The notes beneath the pieces are model-generated. The model was not told the origin of the DNA. It saw only the letters and a program-made list of their open reading frames with translations, and searched no databases. 64,000 nucleotides of DNA from Gemmatimonadota bacterium. GTDB taxonomy: Bacteria > Gemmatimonadota > Gemmatimonadetes > Longimicrobiales > Gaopeijiaceae. A program made the translations under genes and the position numbers. This document shows positions 47,345-56,404 of the stretch, piece after piece; within the stretch, counting starts at the first letter, position 1, and every line of letters begins with the position of its first letter. Where the stretch lies: NCBI GenBank assembly GCA_050485305.1, contig JBJHBD010000001.1, positions 7,681 to 71,680 of the forward strand. Reading direction: 5' to 3'.

Positions 47345-47500
47345 ATGATTTCCAACGAATTCCCCAACGCCGAACGGATCGCCCGTTTGATGGAGCACGC
47401 CCGTCGGGCGCAGCGGGATGGGGATCTTGCCCTTGCGCGAAATCTGCGACGGATGGCCCGCGACCTGAGACCTGCCCGGATCCGGCGACGGGCCTCCTGA
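47345..47500 (+). CDS. possible 51-aa Arg-rich small ORF immediately upstream of argJ
   Basis: An ATG...TGA ORF below the ORF-track cutoff, which I translated by hand. The coding signal is weak (no clear RBS, and I counted only 36 of 51 third positions as G/C). It ends 16 nt before the argJ ATG. Confidence 0.3.
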   Translation: MISNEFPNAERIARLMEHARRAQRDGDLALARNLRRMARDLRPARIRRRAS

Positions 47501-47516
47501 CCTCGAGGGAGCTCTG

Positions 47517-48683
47517 ATGGAGCTCCATTCCACCCCGCGCTTCCCCGAAGGTTTTACCTGCGCCGCCCGCCACTGCGGGCTCAAGAGCTCGGGGAAAGAT
47601 CTGGCGCTCTTCCACTCCCGCACCCCCTGCACGGCGGCGGCCCTCTTCACCCGGAACCACTTCCCCGGCGCTCCCGTGGTGGTGGGGAGGGAACGGATTC
47701 GGGGAGGGCGGCTTCAGGCGGTGGTGGTGAACTCGAAGATCAGCAATGTGGCTACGGGGGCGCGGGGGGTGGAGAACGCCCTCAGGATGGCGCGCGCGGC
47801 GGCAGCGGAGCTGGGGATCGCCGAAGAGCTCGTCCTCATGAGCTCCACCGGGGTCATCGGTCGACAGCTCCCCATCGAGAAGGTAGAGGCGGGGATCCGG
47901 GGGATGGGCTCGGAGCTGGTCCCCGACCCCCTGGTGGGAGCCGAGGGGATCATGACCACCGATACGGTGCCGAAGGCGCTCTCCCTGTCGGTTGGCTCCG
48001 CCACCCTGACGGCGGTGGGGAAGGGGGCGGGGATGATCGCCCCGAACATGGCCACCATGCTGGTCTATATTTTCACCGATGCGATGCTGGATGCCGACAC
48101 GCTGGATCGCCACCTCCGGTCCGCCGCCCGGGATAGCTTCGAGTGCCTCTCGGTGGACACCGACACGAGCACCTCCGACACGGTGGTCCTCATGGCGAAC
48201 GGGGCGGCGGGCCCGGTGGACGACGACGCCTTTGGCACGGCGCTTCGAACCCTCTGTACCGCGATGGCCGAGCGGGTGGCTCGGGATGGGGAGGGAGCCA
48301 CCAAACTGCTTCGGGTGCGGGTGGAGGGGGCGGTGAACGGGTGGGAGGCGCGGCGGATCGCGCGCGCAGTGGTGGATTCCCCCCTGGTGAAGACCATGGC
48401 TTATGGCGCCGATCCAAATGTGGGGCGGCTCCTCATGGCCGTCGGAAAGTGTGTGGAGTGTCGGGTGATCCCGGAGCGGGTGAATGCCAGGATTCAGGGG
48501 GTGGAGGTGGTCCGGGGAGGGGTGCCGGCCTCCTTCGAGGATGAAGCGGTACGGGTCCTCCTTTCGGGAGATCCGGTGGAGATCACGGTGGAGCTCGGCG
48601 TCGGTTCGGGGAGCGCGATGGCCTTCGGATGTGACCTGACGGAAGGGTACATCAGGGAGAATGCCGCGTACGCCTCCTCCTGA
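47517..48683 (+). CDS. argJ: bifunctional ornithine acetyltransferase / N-acetylglutamate synthase
   Basis: 388 aa with the autoprocessing site PNMATMLVY and typical ArgJ blocks (TTDTVPK, KGAGMIAPNMATML, SVDTDTSTSD, AYIRENAAYAS). Confidence 0.93.
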   Translation: MELHSTPRFPEGFTCAARHCGLKSSGKDLALFHSRTPCTAAALFTRNHFPGAPVVVGRERIRGGRLQAVVVNSKISNVATGARGVENALRMARAAAAELGIAEELVLMSSTGVIGRQLPIEKVEAGIRGMGSELVPDPLVGAEGIMTTDTVPKALSLSVGSATLTAVGKGAGMIAPNMATMLVYIFTDAMLDADTLDRHLRSAARDSFECLSVDTDTSTSDTVVLMANGAAGPVDDDAFGTALRTLCTAMAERVARDGEGATKLLRVRVEGAVNGWEARRIARAVVDSPLVKTMAYGADPNVGRLLMAVGKCVECRVIPERVNARIQGVEVVRGGVPASFEDEAVRVLLSGDPVEITVELGVGSGSAMAFGCDLTEGYIRENAAYASS

Positions 48684-48881
48684 GGAACGGAGGCGCTCCG
48701 GGCGAAAAAGCTACCGCTTGCACCATTCTTCACTTACTTTATCCTGCTGCGGGTTCCGGGTTCTCGTGATGGGTCGAGACTCCGGAGATTGCCCCGACCG
48801 GCAGGACGTCCACACCTCCTCGGAGGAGGGGTCGGGAAGGCCACCGCAGAACCGTCGTCCACCCGAAAAGGATCTTTAGAC

Positions 48882-49457
48882 ATGCGTATCAAGGCTCTTT
48901 CCGCTGCCCTCGTGTTCGGGATCGCCGCCTGTGGCGGGGATTCCGGTGAGCCGGCCCCTCAGGCCGCTCCCGCCACCACTCCCGCTGCCGAGCAGCCGGT
49001 CGCCGGCCCCCAGGAGGTGGATTGGTTCCAGGTCGATCATGACGCCCAGAGCGTGACCATCGACCTGGTGGCCGGTGCCACCAGCGCCGCCAACTACTGG
49101 AACTTCCACGGGCTCTATGGGGGGCGCGGTGAAGTGACGGTCCCCGAGGGGTATACCATCACGGTGAACCTCATCAACCGTGACCCCGCCATGGGGCACT
49201 CCGTGGGTGTGGGGGAGCGGATGGCGACCTACCCCGCATCGTTCCAGAACCCGCAGCCGGTCTTCGAGGGGGCCATGACCTCCAACCCGACCTCCATGAC
49301 CGAGTCCACCATGCCCGGTGAGACCGAGACCATCACCTTCGTGGCATCTCAGGCCGGCGAGTACGCCTTCATCTGCTACGTGGTGGGGCACGCTTCAGCC
49401 GGGATGTACCTGAACCTCGTCGTCTCCGCCGCCGGGGATGCCGGAGTCCAGATGTAA
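48882..49457 (+). CDS. type-1 copper (cupredoxin, sulfocyanin-like) lipoprotein
   Basis: Internal ATG at 48882 and lipobox GIAAC. Candidate Cu ligands are His in AMGHSVGV plus C-x4-H-x4-M in FICYVVGHASAGM. Confidence 0.8.
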   Translation: MRIKALSAALVFGIAACGGDSGEPAPQAAPATTPAAEQPVAGPQEVDWFQVDHDAQSVTIDLVAGATSAANYWNFHGLYGGRGEVTVPEGYTITVNLINRDPAMGHSVGVGERMATYPASFQNPQPVFEGAMTSNPTSMTESTMPGETETITFVASQAGEYAFICYVVGHASAGMYLNLVVSAAGDAGVQM

Positions 49458-49496
49458 CGTCGGCAGGTCGCCCGACACCTCGGTGTTCGAGCATAC

Positions 49497-49534
49497 GGGG
49501 CCACCCTCCCGAAGGGGAGGGTGGCCCCGTTTTC
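49497..49534 (+). terminator. strong intrinsic terminator after the cupredoxin gene
   Basis: Perfect 14-bp stem GGGGCCACCCTCCC-GAAG-GGGAGGGTGGCCCC followed by GTTTTC. Confidence 0.85.
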
Positions 49535-49694
49535 GTCCGGACTGTCTTCCTGTGGTGGGGACCCGTAGAATGAATCCACCATCCTCCATTGTGGCTCACC
49601 GGAGGCGGGACCCCGGAGAGGGATGGGGGTATCAGGTACCGGCGCGGGGTGGAGCGCCCCGTATTCATCGACGTCTTCGCCAAGGAGGCCTTCC

Positions 49695-50258
49695 ATGCGC
49701 AGACCTCATTCTGCGGGAATCCGCGCCGGGATCTCCTGCGCGCTCCTCATCTGGACAGGGATGGGCGCCCAGTCCGTCGAGGCGCAGGGTGGAGATCCGG
49801 CTGCGCTGGAGGCATACACCCGGCTGGCTGCCAACCACTTCGGGGTACCCCACTCCGAGGTGGCACTCCTCGCTGAAGAGCGGATCCTCCCCGATGAAGT
49901 CGCGGTGGTTCTCAGGATCGCGCAAGCTTCCGGAATCTCCCCCTCCGTTCTCGTGGCCTTCCGCCGCTCGGGGGAGAGCTGGATGACCATCGCCCGGAGG
50001 TATGGGATGGGAGGCGCCGCCTTTCACGAGGCGATCCCCGATGGAGAGGTGGATGACCGAACCCGGCGGGTTGCCGGGCTCTATCGAAATACACCTGCCA
50101 CGGGGTGGGACGCACTCGAACTCACCAATGACGAAGTGGTGGCGCTGGTGAACCTACGCATGCTCACCCGGGAACTGGGCGTTTCCCATGCCCGGGTCCT
50201 CTCCGCCCGTTCGGAAACGGGGTCGTTCATGCTGGCGTTGCGGGTTCTGGCCCGGTGA
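49695..50258 (+). CDS. hypothetical secreted protein
   Basis: The ATG at 49695 is preceded by AAGGAGG. It has a signal peptide ending VEAQ. No family recognised. Confidence 0.55.
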   Translation: MRRPHSAGIRAGISCALLIWTGMGAQSVEAQGGDPAALEAYTRLAANHFGVPHSEVALLAEERILPDEVAVVLRIAQASGISPSVLVAFRRSGESWMTIARRYGMGGAAFHEAIPDGEVDDRTRRVAGLYRNTPATGWDALELTNDEVVALVNLRMLTRELGVSHARVLSARSETGSFMLALRVLAR

Positions 50259-50962
50259 TGGTCGGAGCGGACGCCACCGGGACTCCCTCCCTTCGGATCC
50301 CTCTGGACGGATATCCCGGGGTGGAGCCTGCCGAGATGCTCCGTCGCGCTCGCGCCTTCGCGGAGGAGCTGCGTCGCCGTCGGACGGTACGGGACTACTC
50401 CTCGGCACCGGTTCCCCGGGAGGTCATCGAGGCGTGTCTCTGGGCGGCGGGGTCCGCGCCCAACGGCGCCAATCGACAGCCGTGGCACTTCGTGGCCGTT
50501 TCCGACCCGGAGGTGAAGGGGCAGATCCGTGAGGCGGCGGAGGTGGAGGAACGGGCCTTCTATGGGGGGAGGGCGCCGGAGCCCTGGCTGGAGGCGCTGA
50601 GACCTCTCGGAACCGATGCCGACAAGCCATTTCTGGAAGAGGCCCCCTGGCTCATTGCCATCTTCGCCGAGAGCTCCCGCCCCGGTGAGGACGGGACCCG
50701 GGAGAAGAACTACTACGTCACCGAGTCGGTGGGTATCGCTACCGGAATGCTGATTGCCGCGCTTCACCGGGCGGGGCTGGCCACCCTCACCCACACCCCC
50801 AGCCCCATGGGTTTCCTGAACGAGGTGCTCGGGCGACCCGCGAACGAAAGGGCCTTCCTCCTTCTGGTGGTGGGGCGCCCGGCGGAGGGAGCCACCGTTC
50901 CGGCCATCACCAAGCGCCCCCTCGAGGACTACACGACCTTCCTGGAGGGGGCGGGTGGCTGA
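50255..50962 (+). CDS. nitroreductase-family flavoprotein
   Basis: Motifs [13 protein letters not shown]...[16 protein letters not shown] and an FMN-binding-type C-terminus. The start is GTG 50255 or ATG 50258, overlapping the upstream stop. Confidence 0.88.
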   Translation: MMVGADATGTPSLRIPLDGYPGVEPAEMLRRARAFAEELRRRRTVRDYSSAPVPREVIEACLWAAGSAPNGANRQPWHFVAVSDPEVKGQIREAAEVEERAFYGGRAPEPWLEALRPLGTDADKPFLEEAPWLIAIFAESSRPGEDGTREKNYYVTESVGIATGMLIAALHRAGLATLTHTPSPMGFLNEVLGRPANERAFLLLVVGRPAEGATVPAITKRPLEDYTTFLEGAGG

Positions 50963-50990
50963 GGGGTCGGGGCTCAGCGATGTGGAGGGG

Positions 50991-52043
50991 ATGCGGATTC
51001 TCGTGGTGGATGACGAGGAATCGAATCTCCTCGTCATCCGCAGGCTCCTGGAGCGGGAAGGATTCACCGCGGTGGAAGGGGTCACCGATCCGGCCGAGGG
51101 GGTGAGTCGCTTCCGGGCCGCCCCTCCGGATCTCCTCCTCCTGGATCTGCGTATGCCGCGGATGGACGGCTTCCAGGTCATGAAGGTGATCCGTGAGGAC
51201 CTTCCCCCGGAGGTCTACCTCCCCATCCTCATCCTCACCGGCGATCTGGATCCGGAGGCGAAGGAACGGGCACTCCGTGCGGGAGCCCGCGACTTCATCA
51301 CCAAGCCCTTCGATCGCACCGAGGTGATTCTTCGCATCCGGAACCTCCTGGAAACCCGGCAACTGCACCTGAGGGTCCTGGAGCATGCCGATACCCTGGA
51401 GCAGCGGGTGGCGGAGCGAACGCGCGAGCTCGCACGAGCGCAGGTGGAGATCCTGAACCGTCTGGCCCTCGCCGCCGAGTATCGGGACGACATCACCGGT
51501 CGTCACGCCGAGCGGGTTGGGGTGCTGGCCTCCCTTCTTGGCGAAAAGATGGGTCAGGAGGAGGGGTGGTGCCGCCTCCTTCGGCGCGCGGCCACCCTCC
51601 ACGACCTGGGGAAGATCGGAATCCCCGACGCCATCCTCATGAAGCCGGGCCCCCTCACCCCCCCCGAGTACGAGCTCATGAAGGCGCATACGCAGATCGG
51701 GGCGCGCATCCTCTCGGGGAGTTCCTTCCCCATGCTTCAACTCGCCCGGGAGATCGCCGAGGCCCACCACGAGCGGTGGGACGGGCGCGGGTACCAGGGG
51801 TTGGCCGGGGAAACCATCCCCCTTTCGGGGCGGATCGTGGCGGTGGCCGACGTGTTCGACTCCCTTACCCACCACCGTCCGTACAAACAACCGGTCTCGC
51901 AGGAAGAGGCCCGGGCCGAGGTGGAGCGGGGGAGCGGCACCCACTTCGATCCCGAGGTGGTACAGGCCTTTCGCCACCTTGTGGAGGAGGGCGCCCTCGA
52001 CAACCTGGATGAACTGGCCCGGGAGAGCATGGCCGAGGACTGA
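50991..52043 (+). CDS. response regulator with HD-GYP (c-di-GMP phosphodiesterase-type) output domain
   Basis: The ATG at 50991 follows GGAGGGG. It has a receiver (ILVVDDEE...LLLLDLRMPRMDG...ITKPF) and an HD-GYP domain (HDLGKIGIPD, HHERWDGRGYQG). Confidence 0.9.
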   Translation: MRILVVDDEESNLLVIRRLLEREGFTAVEGVTDPAEGVSRFRAAPPDLLLLDLRMPRMDGFQVMKVIREDLPPEVYLPILILTGDLDPEAKERALRAGARDFITKPFDRTEVILRIRNLLETRQLHLRVLEHADTLEQRVAERTRELARAQVEILNRLALAAEYRDDITGRHAERVGVLASLLGEKMGQEEGWCRLLRRAATLHDLGKIGIPDAILMKPGPLTPPEYELMKAHTQIGARILSGSSFPMLQLAREIAEAHHERWDGRGYQGLAGETIPLSGRIVAVADVFDSLTHHRPYKQPVSQEEARAEVERGSGTHFDPEVVQAFRHLVEEGALDNLDELARESMAED

Positions 52044-52049
52044 CCGGGG

Positions 52050-52994
52050 TCAACCCGCTCGGGGAAGGGTTCGGAAAGCGTCTTCCACCGGCGGATCGAA
52101 GTGCACATCCATCTGGGGGAAGGCGATCTCGATTCCGTGGTCTTTGAAGGCCCACCAGATGGCCTCCCTCAGGGCCGAGGCCAAACGGGGTGCGAGCCAG
52201 GGGTCCTCCCCCCAGATCGAGACCTCCCAGTCCACCGACGAGTCGCCGAAGTCCCGGAGGAGGAGTACCGGCTCCCTCCCCTCCATTCGCCCCGGGACGG
52301 AGCGGGCCGCTTCATCGAGGGCCTGCTTGACGGCCCTCATGTCCGAGTCGTAATGCACCCCCACCGCACACCGGATCCGGTAGAGGGGGTCGTCCAGGGT
52401 GAAGTTCTTCACCGCGGTCTGCACCAGCGAAGCGTTGGGGATGATGATCTCCTCCTCGTCCCGGGTGCGCGCCACCGTGGTGCGGATCCCCATCTTGAGG
52501 ATGCGCACGGTGCGCCCCTCCACCTCCACGATGTCCCCGGGGGTGATGACGCGCTCCACCAGGAGGATCAGCCCGGACACGAAGTTCTGGGCGATGTTCT
52601 GCATGGCGAAGCCGATCCCCACCGCGAAGATGGCACCGGCGGCGAAGAGGGCGCTCAGGTTGATCCCCACCTGTGACACCGCGATCCCCAATCCGATGGC
52701 CATGATGGCGTAGTGGATCAGACGCTTCGTCACCGCCGCCGTCCCGGGATCGGACACCCCACGGCGGAAGAGGGCCCGGTCCAGCCCCCGCTGGAGGAAG
52801 TGGGAGATCCACCAGGTGGCCACGATCATGAACCCCACGATGAGGATCGTGAGGCTCGTGATGTCCGTTCCCCCCAGGGAGAAGAGGGGGAAGTTTATCC
52901 ACCCGTGGATGAGTTCGGCGAATTCGCCCAGGCGGAGTCCCTCGGAGATCTCGGTGAGGGCGGAGGAAGGGGGGGATTCGGCGTCCTGGGACAT
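52050..52994 (-). CDS. mechanosensitive ion channel (MscS family)
   Basis: TM helices followed by the conserved NFVSGLILLVERVITPGDIVEVEGRTVRILKMGIRTTV block. The ATG at 52992-52994 has an AGGAG RBS; GTG at 53033 is an alternative. Confidence 0.9.
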   Translation of the reverse strand: MSQDAESPPSSALTEISEGLRLGEFAELIHGWINFPLFSLGGTDITSLTILIVGFMIVATWWISHFLQRGLDRALFRRGVSDPGTAAVTKRLIHYAIMAIGLGIAVSQVGINLSALFAAGAIFAVGIGFAMQNIAQNFVSGLILLVERVITPGDIVEVEGRTVRILKMGIRTTVARTRDEEEIIIPNASLVQTAVKNFTLDDPLYRIRCAVGVHYDSDMRAVKQALDEAARSVPGRMEGREPVLLLRDFGDSSVDWEVSIWGEDPWLAPRLASALREAIWWAFKDHGIEIAFPQMDVHFDPPVEDAFRTLPRAG

Positions 52995-53029
52995 GGGATC
53001 GGCTCCTGGGATGACAGGGGTGGGGGAGG

Positions 53030-54166
53030 TCACCCCTCGATGCGGTCGAAGAGGGCGGTCACTCGCCCCAGAGATTCAATGAGTTCGGCTTCCGGGAGAC
53101 CGAAGCCGATGCGGAGAAACCCGTCCACGCCGAACTGGTCACCGGGGACCACGAGGACGCTCTCCTCCACCCGGAGGCGCTCGGCGATCTCCGACGAGTT
53201 CACCCCGGCGCGGTACCGGAGGAAGGCGATGGCGCCGGCTTCCGGAGCCCGGTAGCGGAACCGATCCCCCTGCTCGGTCACCCAGTGGGCGAGGAGGTCT
53301 CGGTTCTCCTGGATGATCCCTCGGGTGCGGGCCAGGATCCGGGGGCGGACCTCGGGGTGAAGGGCCAGGGCGGCGAGGGCGTCGGAGAGGGTGGCGGGGG
53401 TGATGGTGGTGTAGTCGGTCCGGCTCCAGAGCTCTTCGGCCAGCTCGGGGGTGGAGATGGCCCACCCCACCCGGAGCCCAGGGAGACCGTACGCCTTCGA
53501 GAGGGAGTGGGTGGCCACCACCCGATCATGGCGGCCGTAGAAGGTGGGGGTGGGGACCCCGTCCACCTCCGCGCCCGAGTACACCTCGTCGGCGACGATC
53601 CACCCCCCGTGCCGTGCGGCGTGCTCCACGATGGCCTCCATCCGATCCGGGGTGATCCGGGCGCCGGTGGGGTTCGACGGGTTGGTCACTAGGAGTGCCC
53701 GGGCCCCCCGGGCAAAGGCGGCCCCCACCTCATCGGGGTCGGGCTGCCAGCCGTCTCCTTCCCGGAGGTGGACGGGGTGAAGGGTTCCGCCGAAGCTCCG
53801 GACCAACCCGGGGATCTGCATGTAGGTGGGGAGGATGGCCGCCCAGTCGTCCCCTTCCTGGAGAAGGCGCCAGAGGGTGGCGAAGTTCGCTTCGGCGCCA
53901 CCCACGGTGGCCACCACCGCATCGGGATTCCCCCCGGGGTAGAGCGCGGCGATGCGCTCCCGGAGTTCGTCGGAGCCGTTGGATTGGCCGTACCCCTGCC
54001 GGAGGTCGAGGAGGCGGCGGGCCAGATCTTCTCCCGGCGGACCCGCCAACTCCAGGAGTTCCCGGGTGCTCAGGGGGTGGACCCCACTTTCCGAGAGGTT
54101 GAACGCCACCCGGTGCTCGTGGGTGGACTGCCACCGTTCCATGACGAAGGGAAAGAAGGAACCCAT
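53030..54166 (-). CDS. class I/II pyridoxal-phosphate aminotransferase
   Basis: I used the internal ATG at 54164-54166. It has the PLP-lysine motif SLSKAYGLPGLRVGW and the segment NPSNPTG. The upstream part of the 583-aa frame overlaps apgM and is rejected. Confidence 0.9.
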   Translation of the reverse strand: MGSFFPFVMERWQSTHEHRVAFNLSESGVHPLSTRELLELAGPPGEDLARRLLDLRQGYGQSNGSDELRERIAALYPGGNPDAVVATVGGAEANFATLWRLLQEGDDWAAILPTYMQIPGLVRSFGGTLHPVHLREGDGWQPDPDEVGAAFARGARALLVTNPSNPTGARITPDRMEAIVEHAARHGGWIVADEVYSGAEVDGVPTPTFYGRHDRVVATHSLSKAYGLPGLRVGWAISTPELAEELWSRTDYTTITPATLSDALAALALHPEVRPRILARTRGIIQENRDLLAHWVTEQGDRFRYRAPEAGAIAFLRYRAGVNSSEIAERLRVEESVLVVPGDQFGVDGFLRIGFGLPEAELIESLGRVTALFDRIEG

Positions 54167-54298
54167 GGAGATCTCGGGGGGTGGGGTGTGGGTGTCGGGA
54201 GAACGCCGCCCATTCCGGGGGCGAGCCCCAAGGGTATATTCCCGGACGCGGGGTCGCCACTGGCGCTCCCTCCCATCGAGGACCCGAGGAGAGGCGGA

Positions 54299-55507
54299 AT
54301 GGAGGAAGGGAAGATCCCCGACGAGCTGGTGGTGAGAGGAGTGGGGTCCAGGATCGTCTTTGTGGTCCTGGACGGGGTGGGCGGACTCCCTCACCCCGAC
54401 ACCGGGCTGACCGAGTTGGAGTCCGCCCGGACCCCGGTCCTCGACTCGCTGGCGGCCGGGAGCTCCCTCGGGATGCACACCCCGGTGGCTCCCGGGATCA
54501 CCCCCGGAAGCGGTCCCGGCCACCTCGCTCTCTTCGGCTACGACCCCTTCCGGTACGAGATCGGACGGGGGGCGCTGAGCGCCCTCGGTGTCGGCTTCGA
54601 ACTCCGCCCCGGGGATCTCGCCATCCGCCTCAACTTCGCCACCCTCGATGCCGAGGGGAGTGTCACCGATCGCCGGGCCGGGCGTCCCTCCGACGAAGAG
54701 GGGCGCCGCATCGTGGCCAGGCTGGCGGAGGTCCCCGAGACACCGGGGGTGGAACGCTTCCTCCTCCACGAGAAGGAGCATCGCGCCGTTCTCGTCTTCC
54801 GGGGGGATGGGCTTTCCGACGCTCTATCCGACACGGACCCCCAACGCACCGGTGTTCCCCCCGTCGAGTGCGAGCCCCGCGCCGCCGAGGGGGCTCGGAG
54901 CGCCCGGATCCTCAACGACTTCCTCGCCGGCGCGCGCGACCTCCTGCGGGGCGAGCCGGCCATTTCGGGGCTCCTGGCCAGGGGGTTTGCCCGCTACGAA
55001 GCCCTCCCCGGTTTCGAGGCCCGGTACGGGCTGAGGGGAGCGGCGTGGGCCAGGTACCCGATGTACCGAGGGGTGGCGCGTCTCGTGGGGATGGAGGTGC
55101 CGGGAGTCCCATCCTCCGACGAAGAGGCGGTGTCCCTCCTGGAGGCGAACTTCGGGGCGTACGACTTCCACTTCCTCCACTGCAAGGCCCCCGATGCCCG
55201 AGGGGAGGATGGGGATTTCGCCGCCAAGGTGGCCGCCATCGAGACCGCCGACGCCTGGATGGCCCGGGTGGCGGCGCTGGAGCCCGATGTTCTGGTGGTC
55301 ACCGGCGATCACTCCACCCCGGCCACGGTGGGAGCCCATAGCTGGCATGCGGTACCGGTCCTCCTGCACTCCCGCTGGGCACGACCCACGGGAGCGGCCT
55401 TCTGCGAAAACAACGCCCGCCTGGGTGACCTGGGTCACTTCGAGGGGCGGCACCTCATGACGCTGGCGCTGGCTCACGCCGGGCGGCTGGCGAAGTACGG
55501 GGCATGA
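54299..55507 (+). CDS. apgM: cofactor-independent phosphoglycerate mutase, archaeal (ApgM) type
   Basis: Internal ATG at 54299. Segments seen are VLDGVGGLP, TPVLDSLA, PGSGPGHLALFGYDP and VTGDHSTP. Confidence 0.85.
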   Translation: MEEGKIPDELVVRGVGSRIVFVVLDGVGGLPHPDTGLTELESARTPVLDSLAAGSSLGMHTPVAPGITPGSGPGHLALFGYDPFRYEIGRGALSALGVGFELRPGDLAIRLNFATLDAEGSVTDRRAGRPSDEEGRRIVARLAEVPETPGVERFLLHEKEHRAVLVFRGDGLSDALSDTDPQRTGVPPVECEPRAAEGARSARILNDFLAGARDLLRGEPAISGLLARGFARYEALPGFEARYGLRGAAWARYPMYRGVARLVGMEVPGVPSSDEEAVSLLEANFGAYDFHFLHCKAPDARGEDGDFAAKVAAIETADAWMARVAALEPDVLVVTGDHSTPATVGAHSWHAVPVLLHSRWARPTGAAFCENNARLGDLGHFEGRHLMTLALAHAGRLAKYGA

Positions 55508-56379
55508 GAGGGGAGGGGGAGGGGGTCGGCCCGTCGGAGGAGGTGGCGCGCATCCTGGAGCGGGCGCTCGCGAAGGCCGAGGAGGGGGAGTGGGAAGAGG
55601 TGGTCTCCCTTGTCCGGGACGGGGTGGAGGAGGAGGGGGAGGACCCCTACCTCCTGGCGTGGTGGGGGATGGCGGAGCGGGAGCTGGGGATGGAAGGGGT
55701 GGCGTACGAGCGATTCAAGCGCTGCCTCGCCCTGGAACCTGAGGATCCGGTGATCCTCGCCACGGTTGGGAACGCGCTGGCGGCTTTCGATGATCCCGCG
55801 GCGGAGGCCGCGCTTCGCACCGCTGCCCTCATGGCACCCGACCTCCCGCAAGCCCGATGGATGTACGGAGCCTACCTGGCGCGGGAGGGGTTTCTGAAGG
55901 AGGGGGTGGAGGAGCTGGAGGCCGCCGCCCTCCTCTCTCCCGATGATCCCCTCATCCGGACCGAGCTGGGGGTCGCCCTCGCCCTCGGGGATCGGATGGA
56001 AGGGGCCGCCCTCGCCTTCGCCCTCGCCGCCGAGCAGGACCCGGAGGATGGGTGGGTGTTGATCCTCCTCGGCCTCGCCCGGGTGATGCTGGACGAGGTC
56101 GACGAGGGTGCCCGGGCCCTCGAGGAGGGGTCGCGGCTCCGCCCCGCCGACTTTGAAGCCCAGCTCCTGGCCGCCCTCGCTCTTGCCGCTGAGGGGTGGG
56201 AGGACCGGGCGCTGGAGATGCTGGAGCGGGCTCGCCTGTACGCAGCCGAAGAGGCCGACACAGCCCTCCTGGACGAAGTGGAGTCCCGGCTGGAGGATGG
56301 GCCCACTGCCGCCCGTACCTTCCTGGAGGCCACCCTGGCTCCCATCTCCTTCCGGGAACGCCTCATGGCGCGCCCCTGA
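55504..56379 (+). CDS. TPR-repeat protein
   Basis: The ATG overlaps the apgM stop (ATGA). 291 aa of acidic, Ala/Leu-rich helical repeats. Confidence 0.7.
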   Translation: MRGEGEGVGPSEEVARILERALAKAEEGEWEEVVSLVRDGVEEEGEDPYLLAWWGMAERELGMEGVAYERFKRCLALEPEDPVILATVGNALAAFDDPAAEAALRTAALMAPDLPQARWMYGAYLAREGFLKEGVEELEAAALLSPDDPLIRTELGVALALGDRMEGAALAFALAAEQDPEDGWVLILLGLARVMLDEVDEGARALEEGSRLRPADFEAQLLAALALAAEGWEDRALEMLERARLYAAEEADTALLDEVESRLEDGPTAARTFLEATLAPISFRERLMARP

Positions 56380-56404
56380 ACTCCTCATACCGGATCCTTC
56401 TTTC

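Noticed and set aside
54167-54781. N-terminal 205 codons of the 583-aa minus-strand frame containing the aminotransferase
   Set aside because: This part overlaps the divergent apgM gene and has non-protein-like composition. The aminotransferase homology begins at the internal ATG (54166).
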